Below, in pieces: positions 10,839-24,234 of a stretch of 64,000 nucleotides of DNA (positions are counted from its first letter, which is position 1; each line of letters opens with the position of its first letter). Made by a program: the position numbers and the translations under genes. The stretch is from Arenicellales bacterium (GTDB taxonomy: Bacteria; Pseudomonadota; Gammaproteobacteria; Arenicellales; JAJDZL01). The notes under the pieces were generated by a model that saw only the letters and a list, made by a program, of their open reading frames with translations, was not told where the DNA came from and searched no databases. Location of the stretch: the NCBI GenBank assembly GCA_965214875.1, contig OZ243980.1, forward strand, positions 1,231,572 to 1,295,571. The letters run 5' to 3'.

Positions 10839-11798
10839 GTGAACGTGAACCTGGACTTCGAAAAGCCGATTGACGAGATCGATGCACAGATCGAAGAGCT
10901 CATCCGAATCAGCGAAGCTGGCGATGTCGATTTTTCTGAAGAAATAGCAAAGCTTCAAAAGAAATCGAAAAAGTTGGCCGAGTCCATTTTTTCGTCGCTT
11001 ACGCCATGGCAGATCACGCAGCTGGCGCGCCACCCGAAGCGGCCATATACCTTAGACTATGTTGATCGGCTGTTCTCGGACTTTCAAGAGATCCATGGCG
11101 ACCGTGTATTTGCCGATGATCGTTCAATCGTGGCTGGCTTGGCTCGATTCGATGGACAGGGCGTGGTGGTGATCGGACATCAAAAGGGCAGGACGACCAA
11201 TACCAAGATTGAGCGCAATTTTGGCATGCCAAAGCCTGAAGGCTATCGCAAGGCTTCGCGATTGGCTCGGCTGGCGGAGCAGTTCTCCTTGCCCGTTCTA
11301 ACCTTCGTCGATACGCCAGGCGCCTATCCTGGCATTGATGCTGAAGAGCGCGGCCAGTGCGAGGCGATTGCTTCGAGCCTCTATACATTTGTCGACTTGG
11401 ATACACCAATCATTACATCGGTCATTGGTGAAGGCGGGTCAGGCGGCGCACTCGCCATCGGGATTGCGGATCATGTCATTATGCTTCAATACTCGGTCTA
11501 CTCGGTTATCTCTCCCGAAGGCTGCGCTTCGATACTGTGGAAAGACTCCGCTCGCGCACAGGAGGCGGCTCAGGCCATGGGCATGACGGCGAAAACGCTG
11601 CTGAGTCAAGGATTGATCGATGAAATTGTCAACGAACCTTTCGGGGGTGCGCATCGGGACTACGATGAGGTTGCCAAGGCGCTGCGAGGCGCGATCGGAA
11701 AGCGTTTGCAACAGTTTGCCGAGATGAATGGTGCCGAGCTTAAGTCGGCGAGACATCAGCGGCTTATGTCGTACGGCAAATTCGAGCATGTCAAATAG
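10839..11798 (+). CDS. accA: Acetyl-CoA carboxylase carboxyltransferase alpha subunit
   Basis: [20 protein letters not shown]..., [30 protein letters not shown]. Confidence 0.95.
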   Translation: MNVNLDFEKPIDEIDAQIEELIRISEAGDVDFSEEIAKLQKKSKKLAESIFSSLTPWQITQLARHPKRPYTLDYVDRLFSDFQEIHGDRVFADDRSIVAGLARFDGQGVVVIGHQKGRTTNTKIERNFGMPKPEGYRKASRLARLAEQFSLPVLTFVDTPGAYPGIDAEERGQCEAIASSLYTFVDLDTPIITSVIGEGGSGGALAIGIADHVIMLQYSVYSVISPEGCASILWKDSARAQEAAQAMGMTAKTLLSQGLIDEIVNEPFGGAHRDYDEVAKALRGAIGKRLQQFAEMNGAELKSARHQRLMSYGKFEHVK

Positions 11799-11838
11799 GT
11801 AGCAAACCGACATTGCTGTCGCTTGGATTAACGGACTG

Positions 11839-13188
11839 ATGCAGAATTTTGATTCGCAGTCCATTGCCGACATTTTGTTTGATCAGCTGGGGATCAGCAA
11901 GGACAGCCGGTTTTTTGTTGCTTTCAGTGGCGGGATGGATTCTATGGCGTTATTGCATGTCGTGAGCGTTCTTCGCGATGCCGGGCGCATCAAGCATCTT
12001 GGCGCATTGCACTGCAATCATGGCATCAGTTTCCAGTCGAATCGTTGGGAGTCGCGTTGCGAGCAGATCTGCAGGGACTTGGAAGTCGAATTCGATAGTG
12101 CGCGGCTGCGGATGCGGGGCGGCTGGGTGAGTGAAGGCGTTGCTCGCGATGCGAGATACGATTGGCTGCGCGGCAGGATGGCTAAGGGCTGCGTGCTTTT
12201 GACAGCTCACCATCAGTCGGATCAAGCTGAAACGCTGATCTTGAATCTGGTTCGCGGTGCGTCGCCGCGCGGACTCTCTGCGATGCAGCCGGTAGTGTCG
12301 TTCAATGGGGGTTTGCTGATCCGGCCTATGCTTGACTTTTCTCGAAGACAAATCGCTGAGTATGTTGAGCGTTTCGGACTTCGATTCATTGAAGATCCGG
12401 CGAACGAAAATGTGCGCTATTCGCGCAATTTTGTTCGTTCCCGAGTCATTTCCGCGCTTGAGGAGCGGTGGCCATCAGCGGTTAGGCAGGTGGCGCAGGC
12501 TGCGCGACTGATGTCTGAAGCGCGCATCGCGCTGGAGGAACTGGCGGATGAAGATATCGCTAGGTGCGCGACTCGCGGCAGCGGCTTTTTGAGTGAGGGC
12601 GTACAGCTACGCTGCAGTCTAATCGGCGATCTCAGCAGGTATCGGCAAGTGAATCTGCTGCGCTGCTGGATTCGCCGAGGCGGCTTGCCTGAACCGCCGC
12701 AAAGCATGCTTGACGATTTTATTGATCGAGTCGTCAGGTCGCGGAGCGTTTCGGGCAAGATGCAGTGGCGCGATCATTCGGTGCGCAAGTTCAAGGGAAA
12801 TCTCTATCTTGTCAGCTCAGAGCGGGTGCCCGATTCGACGCAGGCGTTTCAATGGGATCTTCGGTCTTCGCTTGCGATCAAGAGTGCGGGGATACGACTG
12901 CATCCGGTCTGCGCCTGCGGCGCAGGCTTGTGCATGCGCGGGATTTCGCAAACAGCCGTAGTCAGGTTTCGAACAGGCGGCGAGCGGATCATTCTGCCAG
13001 GCAGAACGCATTCGAGCAAGGTCAAGAAACTGCTTAGCGAAAGTTCGATCCCGACTTGGGAGCGCAAAGTGCTGCCGCTTATCTACTTTGGAGATGATCT
13101 GGCTTTGGTTTCGCCCGATATCGTTTCAGCAAAGTATGCGGCCAAAGAAGGTCAAAACGGAATCACAATACAACTAGAACCGATTTGA
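11839..13188 (+). CDS. tilS: tRNA(Ile)-lysidine synthase
   Basis: N-terminal PP-loop VAFSGGMDSMALL, HHQSDQAETLILNLVRG. 449 aa. Confidence 0.9.
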   Translation: MQNFDSQSIADILFDQLGISKDSRFFVAFSGGMDSMALLHVVSVLRDAGRIKHLGALHCNHGISFQSNRWESRCEQICRDLEVEFDSARLRMRGGWVSEGVARDARYDWLRGRMAKGCVLLTAHHQSDQAETLILNLVRGASPRGLSAMQPVVSFNGGLLIRPMLDFSRRQIAEYVERFGLRFIEDPANENVRYSRNFVRSRVISALEERWPSAVRQVAQAARLMSEARIALEELADEDIARCATRGSGFLSEGVQLRCSLIGDLSRYRQVNLLRCWIRRGGLPEPPQSMLDDFIDRVVRSRSVSGKMQWRDHSVRKFKGNLYLVSSERVPDSTQAFQWDLRSSLAIKSAGIRLHPVCACGAGLCMRGISQTAVVRFRTGGERIILPGRTHSSKVKKLLSESSIPTWERKVLPLIYFGDDLALVSPDIVSAKYAAKEGQNGITIQLEPI

Positions 13189-13419
13189 GCGGTTGAGGTT
13201 CGATAGATCCGGCACAACATAATGTCCTTACGATTAATGAAGTATCGAATTTGTTCAGATTTCAGATGGCAGCCTTCGTCCATGATGTCGAGGCGGCACC
13301 TGCGATTCAACCGCAGGACGAATAGCGACCGGTGCTGCCAGCTGCCAATTCATATTCGTTCAGCCGTGCACATGATGGTGGTGAAGTGCCGGGACCGGCT
13401 CGGGTTGTAAAAAATCTCA

Positions 13420-14312
13420 CAGGCGGCGAATCGCCATTTCGTTTAGCCGGTCTCGCTGCTGCCGCGCCTGCTTTGGCAATCGGCGCCCGGCTGCGCAGGG
13501 CGAGGCATGCGCCAATGCTGCGGCAACGAGCCGTGCGACGAATTCGATGCCGATGCGCTTCATTCCGACCTTTTCATGATCATCTGCTCCCTGTTCGCGA
13601 CGTTGCGCCATGTGCCGGGTCCAAGGCTGCGAGTCGATGCGCATCAAGACCTTGCGCCGCCGGGCGCGAAGCAGGACGGGCAAGATCATGCATCATGCCG
13701 GAAGCCGGGCGCTGAAGCCGTGCTGCGCAGCGTATCAGCTAGGCGGTCGCGAGAGTCCGGGCGATGGCGACTTGGGCCGCCGGCTACTGGCGGTCGCGCA
13801 GCACCATCGGAAAAGGGTGGCCCTGGACATCGACGCGACTGCGGCACTGCGAGAAGTCGTCGGCGCAGTCCGCCTGCAAGAAGGAAAAGGGCTGAATGCC
13901 GGTCGTCGGCTGCATCGCAGAGACCGGCGTGGCAGACGGCGCGGTTCCTGCACTCGATGAACGGCACGCCCGAAGCGTCCGCGGTGGGCGGTGCGGCGGC
14001 TTAGAAAATCAGGCTGGCAAGAGCTCGAGCTCGACTGCCCGCAGGGCGGTCATGTCTGCCGGGACCTGGTGACGAGCCTTTGCCGGCGAGGCGACTCCAA
14101 GGCGGTCCACTGATGCAACCGCAGAGGGGATGATTCGGAGGGAGAATCGCATTCGCGAGCTTCGCAGCGGCTTCGGCGCGGCGCATTGCCTGAGCGAGGC
14201 GGTCAGCATGATCCGGGCGCTGGCCCTGGCGCCGCAGACGCCGGAATCTCCCCGCGCCGCGTATTTCGGTGAAAAATCCGTCCCCGAAAAAATCCCTAAC
14301 GCGGATTTTGGG
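13420..14312 (+). mobile_element. Rearranged, internally deleted remnant of an IS1380-family element (G+C-rich)
   Basis: Nucleotide and peptide similarity to the fuller copy at 35655-37175. Shared peptides: CESMRIKTLRRR vs CESMRIETFRRR, RLLAVAQHHRKRVALDIDATAALREV vs RLLAVALHHRKRAALDIDATAALREV, ARFLHSMNGTPEA vs ARFLHSMNDTPEA. Ends in the same terminal sequence CTAACGCGGATTTTGGG (~14296-14312). Segment order is permuted relative to the other copy. The left limit is approximate. Confidence 0.6.
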
Positions 14313-14565
14313 CTGATCAAGGCAGGTTTGATTATTATTCATCTGCATTTGTTGAGTCGGAGAAAATATCTTGTGCGTGGTTCATCGGCATTGAACTGAA
14401 ACGAGACCTGATGAATATTTCGGAATTGAAGATTGCGACTGTTGATCGCGAACAACAACCGCGCTTAGCGCGCTGATGAACGAGTGCCACTTGAAGCGCT
14501 GAAAAAGATTAGTGAAAACAAACTCTGCGGGCTAGTCTTTGAGGGTCGCCGACCGCGCTTTGGTC

Positions 14566-14606
14566 GTTTAAGGCGTAGCCTTGAAATGTCCCGCTACGCC
14601 TTAAAC
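14566..14606. repeat. Perfect 14-bp inverted repeat (hairpin) GTTTAAGGCGTAGC / GCTACGCCTTAAAC with a 13-nt loop
   Basis: Read directly from the sequence. Lies 10-50 nt beyond the stop of the minus-strand PD-(D/E)XK gene. No U-run follows, so it is not a canonical intrinsic terminator. Confidence 0.7.
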
Positions 14607-14617
14607 CCCAGCCGGCT

Positions 14618-15332
14618 TCAGCCGCCCGCTCCCTGCGACGGGAACGCCTTGGGCACGAACCACTCCGCATTGACGATGCTCGCGCTGTCCCCGGTCGCCC
14701 GCACCACGAACAGCCCTTGCCGCTCGGCATATGTCGCCGCCTCCGATTCGCTTCTCAGATACGCCACCGCGCCGTGCACCCGCTTGTGACCGTAGTCCGG
14801 AAAATACCGCTTGAAATCCTCCATCGCCGACAGGAAGTATTTCACCATGTCCGGGGTCAGCGTCGTCTTGACCTCCACCGCCACCGCCTCGGCACCGTTG
14901 ACCGCCAGGATATCGAACTCCTTTCGCTTTTTCTCGCCGCTTTCCGTACGGAACTCCACCTCCACCCGGCGGGAGGTCTGACGCACCTCGATGCCGCGGG
15001 CCCGCAATAGCGGCACCAGGCTGCCCTCCACCAGCGACTCCACCAGCCGCCCCCCACTGGGTGTTGAAACGGTTGTCGGTCGCTTTCAGCTGCCGGTCGG
15101 TTTTTCTCAGCTGCTCATCAGTCTTTTTCTGCTCCTCGGCCACTTCCTGCACCAGTTTCTTCGTTTCTTTCTGAATCGCGCGCAATTCCTCCATGCCCTT
15201 GTCAAATTTCCTCTGCCGCTCGTCCGCTTCTTTCCGCAACGCGGCCATTTCTTCCTGGCTCGCGCGCAGGTCGAGCCTGAACTCCCTCATGAGCTCCCAG
15301 ATTTCATCCGCTGCTGCTGAACCATTCGTCAT
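14618..15332 (-). pseudogene. Coiled-coil + PD-(D/E)XK nuclease-fold protein (DUF3782-like), frameshifted in a G6 run
   Basis: The N-terminal frame (15332 down to ~15050) is ...EEQKKTDEQLRKTDRQLKATDNRFNTQWG. The C-terminal frame (15043-14618) is (R)LVESLVEGSLVPLL...EFDILAVNGAEAVAVEVKTTL, carrying a D...EVK motif. The frames join if one G is removed from the G6 run (coding strand) at 15050-15055. Confidence 0.7.
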
Positions 15333-15384
15333 TTCTTCAACTAATCTGAATTGAGTTTTGAGATTTTTCTCGGCCGAATCGGAC

Positions 15385-15955
15385 TGTACGGGTTCACTAC
15401 ATGTGAGACTTTTCAGGCGGCAAGCGCGCTTTGGTTGAAGTTTTCATTATACGCCTGCATGGGCGTGCGTTGTCCGAGCGCCTGATGCGGCCGGCAGGCG
15501 TTGCAGAGCGCTCGAACTCGGCCACGGACTCGCTGCCGCCGTCGACCTGCACCGACTCGATGTGCTCCGCTGTGGCCTCGAAACGGGATTGCAAGACATG
15601 CTGCATGGCCGCTCTCGGATTCGACAGCAGCCGGCATGCCGCCTTTTGCCCGGCCAGGAATATCGCCGGTAGCGGGCGGCCCGGCTTGCGCGTCCACGCC
15701 CGCCCCATTGCCGCGATGCGTGCGGGCATACTCCCTTCGCGCCAGCCCGGCGACAGGGGCTTGACCCACACCGCCTGCCGGAGTGCCGCCCGATAGCACC
15801 AGCCGTGCGCCATGCTTCGCGCGCCAGTCCTCGGCGATGCGCCTCGGGCATGCCACCGCTCGCGCGCCAGCCCGCCGCCACGGCACGCACTCCGGTGCGG
15901 CATCGCTTCCCTTGGTGCCACCAAAGAGCGGTTGCGCACGAGGACTTTGGCAATG
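15385..15955 (-). mobile_element. Truncated, decayed IS481-family copy
   Basis: Begins with TGTACGGGTTCACTACATGTGAGACTTTTCAGGCGGCAAG, nearly identical to the end of the fuller copy at 34505. Decayed transposase C-terminus ...RPHQALGQRTPMQAYNENFNQSALAA. The far end is lost at the IS5-like fragment. Confidence 0.7.
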
Positions 15956-15956
15956 C

Positions 15957-16124
15957 GGTCGGCTACTGTACAACAAGCGGTGCAACAAGGTCGAGTGTTT
16001 GTTGCGTAGGCTTAAAGGTTTCCGCAGAGTTGTCGCGCGCTTCGAAAAAACCGATGCCATGTTTCACGGATTTATCGTATTTTCACCGACCTTCGATGCA
16101 CTGCGATGTGTTAAAAAGCTCTAA
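15957..16124 (+). pseudogene. IS5-family transposase C-terminal fragment (backbone-like G+C)
   Basis: ...CNKVECLLRRLKGFRRVVARFEKTDAMFHGFIVFSPTFDALRCVKKL* resembles the IS5-family E-RFF-LK-FRR-ATR(Y/F)(D/E)K tail. A related tail occurs at 48617-48850 on the minus strand. Confidence 0.6.
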
Positions 16125-16273
16125 AATTGTCGAATGATTGTGCTGGTAGTCCAGAATTTTATTTCTGCACAATTGACTCAATTGAGATAAACTATAACAC
16201 CGTCCGAATGGTGTCTTTCTGCCAGCAGCGTTGCGCTCTCAAACCGCTGCCTGGTACACCTCAGTCGATTTAG

Positions 16274-18768
<2,495 letters not shown>

Positions 18769-18777
18769 GAGGATTTT

Positions 18778-20064
18778 ATGGCAAAGCTACCGGTGATTAA
18801 GTCTGTTCGCGGGCTCGAAGTGCTCGACTCTCGCGGCAATCCGACGGTCGAAGCGCAGGTCGTACTCGACGATGGCACCATCGGTCGAGGAATAGCCCCA
18901 TCTGGCGCCTCGACAGGTAGCCGTGAAGCGGTTGAGCTTAGAGATGACGATGGTTCGCGCTATCTGCGAAAAGGCGTTCTCGGCGCTGTGCAAAATATCA
19001 ATGAAGCGATCGGCAAGGCTTTGACAGGCATATCGCCCTTTGATCAGAGCGAAGTGGATTCGATCATGGTTGATTTGGATGGTAGCAAAAACAAGCAGCG
19101 CCTCGGGGCTAATGCAATTATTGCCGTTTCATTGGCAACTTGCAAAGCGGCTGCCCGGTCGAAGGGCCTTGAGCTATACGAGTATCTGGATGATTCAAGC
19201 GGGCTGATGTTGCCGCGACCGTTTCTGAATATTTTCAATGGCGGTGCGCATGCGAACAACAATATCGATTTTCAGGAGTTTATGATTGTGCCGGTTGCTT
19301 CCGATCAGTTTTGCGAGGCATTGCGTCAATCGGTTGAAGTCTACCATCACTTGAAAAAACTCTTGAACCAGCGCGGATTTAGCACAACGGTTGGTGATGA
19401 AGGCGGATTTGCCCCTGATATGGAAGGAAATGCACAGGCGCTCGATTTCATTATGGAGGCGATTCAATCGGCGGGTTACACTCCTGGCGAAGACATTGCC
19501 ATCGCTTTGGATGTGGCGAGTTCGGAATTTTTCGAAGATGGTTGCTACAGGCTCAAAGCAGAGGGCTTGAATATGGATGCCGCAGGGTTTGCCGATTATC
19601 TGCAGAGCCTGCTTGAGCGCTTTCCGATTATTTCTATTGAAGACGGGATGGCAGAGCAGGACTGGGACGGGTGGAAAATCCTAACCAGCCAAGTTGGTGA
19701 AAAAGTTCAGCTGATCGGCGATGATCTATTTGTTACCAACCCGTCAATTCTTAAGCGCGGAATCGAGTGGGGGGTTGCAAATTCAATCCTGATCAAGATC
19801 AACCAGATTGGAACGCTGACCGAAACGTTGCAAGCAATCAGAGTGGCAAAGGAAGCCGGCTACCGCACCATGGTTTCCCATCGCTCAGGGGAAACCGAGG
19901 ATACTTCAATCGTTGATCTCGCTGTAGCGGTCAGTGCCGGGCAAATCAAGACTGGCGCGCCATGCCGTACAGATCGAGTTGCGAAGTACAATCGGCTTTT
20001 GAGAATCGAGCAGCGCTTGGGCAGTAGCGGCGCGGGCTCTATGGATTCATTTGAAATTCAATGA
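18778..20064 (+). CDS. eno: Enolase
   Basis: [14 protein letters not shown]..., [39 protein letters not shown]. Confidence 0.97.
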   Translation: MAKLPVIKSVRGLEVLDSRGNPTVEAQVVLDDGTIGRGIAPSGASTGSREAVELRDDDGSRYLRKGVLGAVQNINEAIGKALTGISPFDQSEVDSIMVDLDGSKNKQRLGANAIIAVSLATCKAAARSKGLELYEYLDDSSGLMLPRPFLNIFNGGAHANNNIDFQEFMIVPVASDQFCEALRQSVEVYHHLKKLLNQRGFSTTVGDEGGFAPDMEGNAQALDFIMEAIQSAGYTPGEDIAIALDVASSEFFEDGCYRLKAEGLNMDAAGFADYLQSLLERFPIISIEDGMAEQDWDGWKILTSQVGEKVQLIGDDLFVTNPSILKRGIEWGVANSILIKINQIGTLTETLQAIRVAKEAGYRTMVSHRSGETEDTSIVDLAVAVSAGQIKTGAPCRTDRVAKYNRLLRIEQRLGSSGAGSMDSFEIQ

Positions 20065-20104
20065 ATCGAACGATTAATTATTTACGTAATACAATAAATT
20101 AGTT

Positions 20105-20410
20105 ATGACAGTTAAAGCAAAATGGAGACTTGCAGCAGTCGTATTTGCGGTGGCGGCGATCTATTTGCAGTGGACCCTTTGGTTTGGCGATAAATCGCTG
20201 GTCACCCTGTCGCAGACCAGAGCCGCCTTAACCGTCGAGCAAAGCGAGAACGAGCGGCGAAAGACGCAAAACGATGATTTGGCTGCTGAAATAAACGACC
20301 TCAAGTTTGGAGAGGAGGCCATGGAGGAGCGTGCCCGAATGGAACTCGGACTCGTCAAAGAAGGCGAAACGTTCTACAAGATTATCGACCCTGCGATAGA
20401 TCGGAAATAG
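20105..20410 (+). CDS. ftsB: Cell division protein FtsB
   Basis: 101 aa with an N-terminal TM helix followed by a coiled coil (EINDLKFGEEAMEERARMELGLVKEGETFY). Follows eno as in gammaproteobacteria. Confidence 0.85.
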   Translation: MTVKAKWRLAAVVFAVAAIYLQWTLWFGDKSLVTLSQTRAALTVEQSENERRKTQNDDLAAEINDLKFGEEAMEERARMELGLVKEGETFYKIIDPAIDRK

Positions 20411-20420
20411 CGCATTGGGA

Positions 20421-21350
20421 TTATGTGATCTCGGGCAGAGCGTAGGGCAGTCCATCCGGCAAAATTGTCAATGCGGCCGAATCCTCCAGTGAAAGTTTGT
20501 CGTGGCCGATAAAGCGCAACGGTATCGAAGCGAGCACTTCATGCGCCGTCCCATCCGGTCCAGGGGCGGAGTTCACGATTGTTCCTCGCTGACTACCGAC
20601 GATTTCAACGCTGTTGACCGACATGCCGGGCGTGGGCGCATGATCACCGTAAACGATGCCCCGAACTGTTCGCCGGTTGGTTTTGCCGCGGTAATGCAGA
20701 CGGGCGAGAATTTCCTGTCCTGGAAAGCACCCTTTGGAAAAGCTGACCGCATCGATCAAATCAAGGTTGATCGCCTGCGCGGTGAAAGTTTCCGCTGTTT
20801 CGGATTCAACGAGCGGGATGCCCGCACGAATATCACACAATTCCCAATGTCTTGTGCGGTCAGGTGCCGGATCCAACTCCTGTAGGCGCTCTTTTGGTCC
20901 TATGATTATCGTGCGGGGCGGGGTGCCGGGTAGTCTAAAGAGAGTCAATGGACCGATCGAAGCAAGGTCGCCGGCAGTTTGCGGAGCGGACTTGATGCCA
21001 AGCTTATCCATTGCCGCGGCGATAGGCTCGGCTATGATGCCGACGATTCCGAGGTCGCTGGCGATTTCAATATTCACATCACTTCGCATCACATACATTT
21101 TCAAACGATTCGCGAATGCTTCGGCGACACTCGAAGAAGCGGCAAGTAAAAACCCGGGGTCGTGGCGCAACACAAGAAAGTTGGCTAGCACACGTCCAGT
21201 CGGAGTAAGATATGCACTAAGACAAAAGCGGCTCGAACTGGCGAGTCCTACATCGTTAGTAATTTGGCGCTGGAGGAATGACTCGCACTCTGAACCGGTA
21301 ACGTGAATCAGTCCATAATGTTCAATTCGCAATATCGATTCAAATTTCAT
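20421..21350 (-). CDS. ygfZ: Folate-binding tRNA-modification/Fe-S repair protein YgfZ
   Basis: GLIHVTGSECESFLQRQITNDV..., KGCFPGQEILARLHYRGKTNRR (the KGC-x-GQE motif of the YgfZ/GcvT-like family). Confidence 0.85.
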   Translation of the reverse strand: MKFESILRIEHYGLIHVTGSECESFLQRQITNDVGLASSSRFCLSAYLTPTGRVLANFLVLRHDPGFLLAASSSVAEAFANRLKMYVMRSDVNIEIASDLGIVGIIAEPIAAAMDKLGIKSAPQTAGDLASIGPLTLFRLPGTPPRTIIIGPKERLQELDPAPDRTRHWELCDIRAGIPLVESETAETFTAQAINLDLIDAVSFSKGCFPGQEILARLHYRGKTNRRTVRGIVYGDHAPTPGMSVNSVEIVGSQRGTIVNSAPGPDGTAHEVLASIPLRFIGHDKLSLEDSAALTILPDGLPYALPEIT

Positions 21351-21397
21351 ATTTGGCCTGCAACAAAAGTGATGATCACAATTCGCTCAGTTATTAG

Positions 21398-21580
21398 ATG
21401 GTAGCCGATGCAGACAAAATAAAGTGCGGCAACGCTGCGGACGTAAAGGCGCCCCGCGTTGCAAGCGATGGGCAAAAGCCGCCTGCGCTCGAGAATCAAT
21501 CTGGTCAAATTCAAAAGCCAATGCCGAATCCGACTCGCTACGGTGACTGGGAAAAAGGCGGCAGATGCATTGATTTTTGA
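21398..21580 (+). CDS. DUF1674 / SDHAF4-like small protein
   Basis: 60 aa ending ...NPTRYGDWEKGGRCIDF, the C-terminal signature I associate with DUF1674 (the eukaryotic SDHAF4 family). Lies immediately upstream of sdhC. Confidence 0.7.
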   Translation: MVADADKIKCGNAADVKAPRVASDGQKPPALENQSGQIQKPMPNPTRYGDWEKGGRCIDF

Positions 21581-21618
21581 TTCATTTTTCGCATGAAGCC
21601 GTTATTCAGATATAAGGA

Positions 21619-22035
21619 TTGGATTATAAACCTCTTGATCTAGCGATGAACCAGCATCCCCGCCCACTTTCCCCGCATATTCAGATCTATCGGCGTCAGC
21701 TCACATCAGTGCTTTCGATACTTCATCGGATGACTGGAATCGTGCTTGCTGGCGGCGCCGTGCTGATTGCGGTTTGGCTTAGCACCGTCGCGTATGAACG
21801 CGAGATGTTTGTAGTATTGCATGGCCTTTTGTCGAGCGGCGTGGGCAGGGCCTTTCTTTTCCTGTGGACGCTTGCGACTTTCTACCACCTGTGCAACGGA
21901 ATTCGGCATCTGTTTTGGGATAGCGGGCGAGGGTTCGCGCTGCACCAGGTATATCGCAGCGGCTGGGCTGTGGTTATAGCAGCCCTGGCGCTGACGGCTT
22001 CCGTTTGGGTCGTCGGATACGCAGTTTGCGAGTAG
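21619..22035 (+). CDS. sdhC: Succinate dehydrogenase cytochrome b556 subunit
   Basis: RPLSPHIQIYRRQLTSVLSILHRMTG..., three TM helices. Start ambiguous: TTG at 21619 or ATG at 21646. Confidence 0.85.
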   Translation: MDYKPLDLAMNQHPRPLSPHIQIYRRQLTSVLSILHRMTGIVLAGGAVLIAVWLSTVAYEREMFVVLHGLLSSGVGRAFLFLWTLATFYHLCNGIRHLFWDSGRGFALHQVYRSGWAVVIAALALTASVWVVGYAVCE

Positions 22036-22042
22036 GCTTGTA

Positions 22043-22420
22043 ATGGCGAGCTTCCGGTCACCTTTAGCGCGCGTAGCAGGACTCGGTTCTGCCAAGCAGG
22101 GGTCTGCGCACTGGTGGTGGCAGCGCATCACCGCAGTCGCGCTGGTGCCGCTGACACTGTGGTTCACCTTTTCCCTGGCATCCATGTCAGGCGCATGCTT
22201 TCTTGACGTATACGCATGGCTGGCATCGCCGTGGGTAGCGACCTTGCTGATCGCATTCATCGTGGCGATGTTCTACCACCTGCAACTCGGCTTGCAGGTG
22301 GTTGTCGAAGATTATGTGCACCACGAAGGCATCAAGATTGCCTGCATTCTTTGCACAAAATTCATTTCAGTTGTTCTTGCGATATTGAGCATTATTTCAA
22401 TTCTTCAACTCGCGCTTTAA
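22043..22420 (+). CDS. sdhD: Succinate dehydrogenase membrane anchor subunit
   Basis: GSAKQGSAHWWWQRITAVALVPL... and three TM helices. Position within the operon. Confidence 0.85.
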   Translation: MASFRSPLARVAGLGSAKQGSAHWWWQRITAVALVPLTLWFTFSLASMSGACFLDVYAWLASPWVATLLIAFIVAMFYHLQLGLQVVVEDYVHHEGIKIACILCTKFISVVLAILSIISILQLAL

Positions 22421-22429
22421 GGTCTTTTC

Positions 22430-24220
22430 ATGTCGATCAGTTCATACGAAGTCATTGATCATTCGTACGATGTTGTCGTTGTCGGCGCCGGCGGCGCCGG
22501 CTTGCGCGCTGCGTTTGGCGTGGCCGCTTCGGGCCTGACCACGGCATGCATTACCAAAGTGTTTCCGACTCGCAGCCACACGGTTGCCGCGCAGGGCGGG
22601 ATAAGCGCCGCGATGGGCAACATGAATGAAGACGATTGGCGGTGGCACATGTACGACACGGTCAAAGGATCGGACTGGCTGGGCGATCAGGATGCGATCG
22701 AATTCATGTGCCGCGAGGCACCGAATGCTGTTGTCGAGCTGGAACATTATGGAGTGCCGTTTTCGCGCACAGAAGATGGCCGCATCTATCAGCGCGCCTT
22801 CGGCGGGATGACGACCCACTTCGGTGAAGGGCAAGCGATGCGGACCTGTGCGGCTGCCGACAGGACTGGCCATGCCATTTTGCATGCGCTGTATCAGCAA
22901 GCGGTCAAGAACAAGGCGGAATTCTACATCGAGTATTTCGCGCTTGATCTACTGATGAGCGATGGCGAGTGCCGGGGCGTTATGGCATGGTGCATGGAAG
23001 ATGGCACTTTGCACCGGTTTCAGGCGAAAGTGGTCATACTGGCGACAGGCGGCTATGGCCGTGCCTACTTTTCTTGCACATCTGCGCATACCTGCACCGG
23101 CGATGGAAATGCGATGGCGCTTCGCGCCGGCTTGGCGCTTCAGGATATGGAGTTTGTTCAATTCCATCCGACAGGCATCTACGGCTCGGGCTGCCTGATC
23201 ACAGAAGGCGCCCGCGGAGAGGGCGGCTATTTGACCAATGCCGATGGCGAACGGTTCATGGAGCGATACGCTCCGAATGCTAAGGACTTGGCTTCGAGAG
23301 ATGTCGTAAGCAGATCGATGACGATGGAGATTCAGGCCGGCAGGGGCGTTGGGTCAGATGCCGATCACATCCATCTGCATTTGGAGCATCTGGGGCCTGA
23401 GGTGTTGCAGGAGCGGTTGCCGGGAATTTCCGAGACAGCCAAGATTTTCGCTGGTGTCGATGTTACCAGAACACCGATACCGGTGATCCCGACAGTGCAT
23501 TACAACATGGGCGGGATTCCGACCAATTATCGCGGCGTAGTGCTCACAGGCAAAAATGGAAGCAAAGATGAGTGCGTTCGCGGCTTGATGGCTATCGGTG
23601 AAACAGCTTGTGTTTCAGTGCATGGCGCAAATCGGCTTGGGTCTAATTCGTTGCTGGATCTGGTCGTATTCGGAGACGCGGCCGCCAAGCAGGCAACGCG
23701 GCTTGTCCGAGACGATGAGTCCAAGCGCTCGCTGCCGCGGTTCATTCATGATGAATGCATTGATCATTTTGATCGGCTGCGCCATTGCTCAGGTCCAGTC
23801 AGGACGGCGCACCTCCGCGATAAAATGCAGCGCGTGATGCAGCGCTATTGCGCTGTGTTTCGGACAGGCGAAACGCTGAACGAGGGCATCGAGGGCTTGC
23901 GCGAAGTGTGGGCAGAGCTGAAGGACATCGGCATTGAAGATCGTTCGATGATCTGGAATACCGATTTGATCGAGACGCTGGAACTGGATAATTTGGTGCG
24001 TCAGGCAGTTGTAACTGCCCATTCGGCGGTCAATCGAACGGAAAGCAGGGGAGCGCATGCTCGGGATGACTATCCGGATCGCGATGACGAGAACTGGATG
24101 AAGCATACGCTGGCATGGCTGGACAGCGATGGCAAGACGACGCTGGACTACCGCCCCGTAAATATGTATACATTGACTGACGATGTCGATGTTATTGCAC
24201 CGAAAGCCAGAGTCTACTAA
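22430..24220 (+). CDS. sdhA: Succinate dehydrogenase flavoprotein subunit
   Basis: [16 protein letters not shown]..., [11 protein letters not shown] (covalent-FAD His), [18 protein letters not shown]. 596 aa. Confidence 0.97.
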   Translation: MSISSYEVIDHSYDVVVVGAGGAGLRAAFGVAASGLTTACITKVFPTRSHTVAAQGGISAAMGNMNEDDWRWHMYDTVKGSDWLGDQDAIEFMCREAPNAVVELEHYGVPFSRTEDGRIYQRAFGGMTTHFGEGQAMRTCAAADRTGHAILHALYQQAVKNKAEFYIEYFALDLLMSDGECRGVMAWCMEDGTLHRFQAKVVILATGGYGRAYFSCTSAHTCTGDGNAMALRAGLALQDMEFVQFHPTGIYGSGCLITEGARGEGGYLTNADGERFMERYAPNAKDLASRDVVSRSMTMEIQAGRGVGSDADHIHLHLEHLGPEVLQERLPGISETAKIFAGVDVTRTPIPVIPTVHYNMGGIPTNYRGVVLTGKNGSKDECVRGLMAIGETACVSVHGANRLGSNSLLDLVVFGDAAAKQATRLVRDDESKRSLPRFIHDECIDHFDRLRHCSGPVRTAHLRDKMQRVMQRYCAVFRTGETLNEGIEGLREVWAELKDIGIEDRSMIWNTDLIETLELDNLVRQAVVTAHSAVNRTESRGAHARDDYPDRDDENWMKHTLAWLDSDGKTTLDYRPVNMYTLTDDVDVIAPKARVY

Positions 24221-24234
24221 AAGCAGGTTTGCGT

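Noticed and set aside
16174-16199. TTGACT ... TATAAC as a sigma-70 promoter for pyrG
   Set aside because: The spacer is only 14 nt, against an optimum of 17. That is not convincing enough to annotate.
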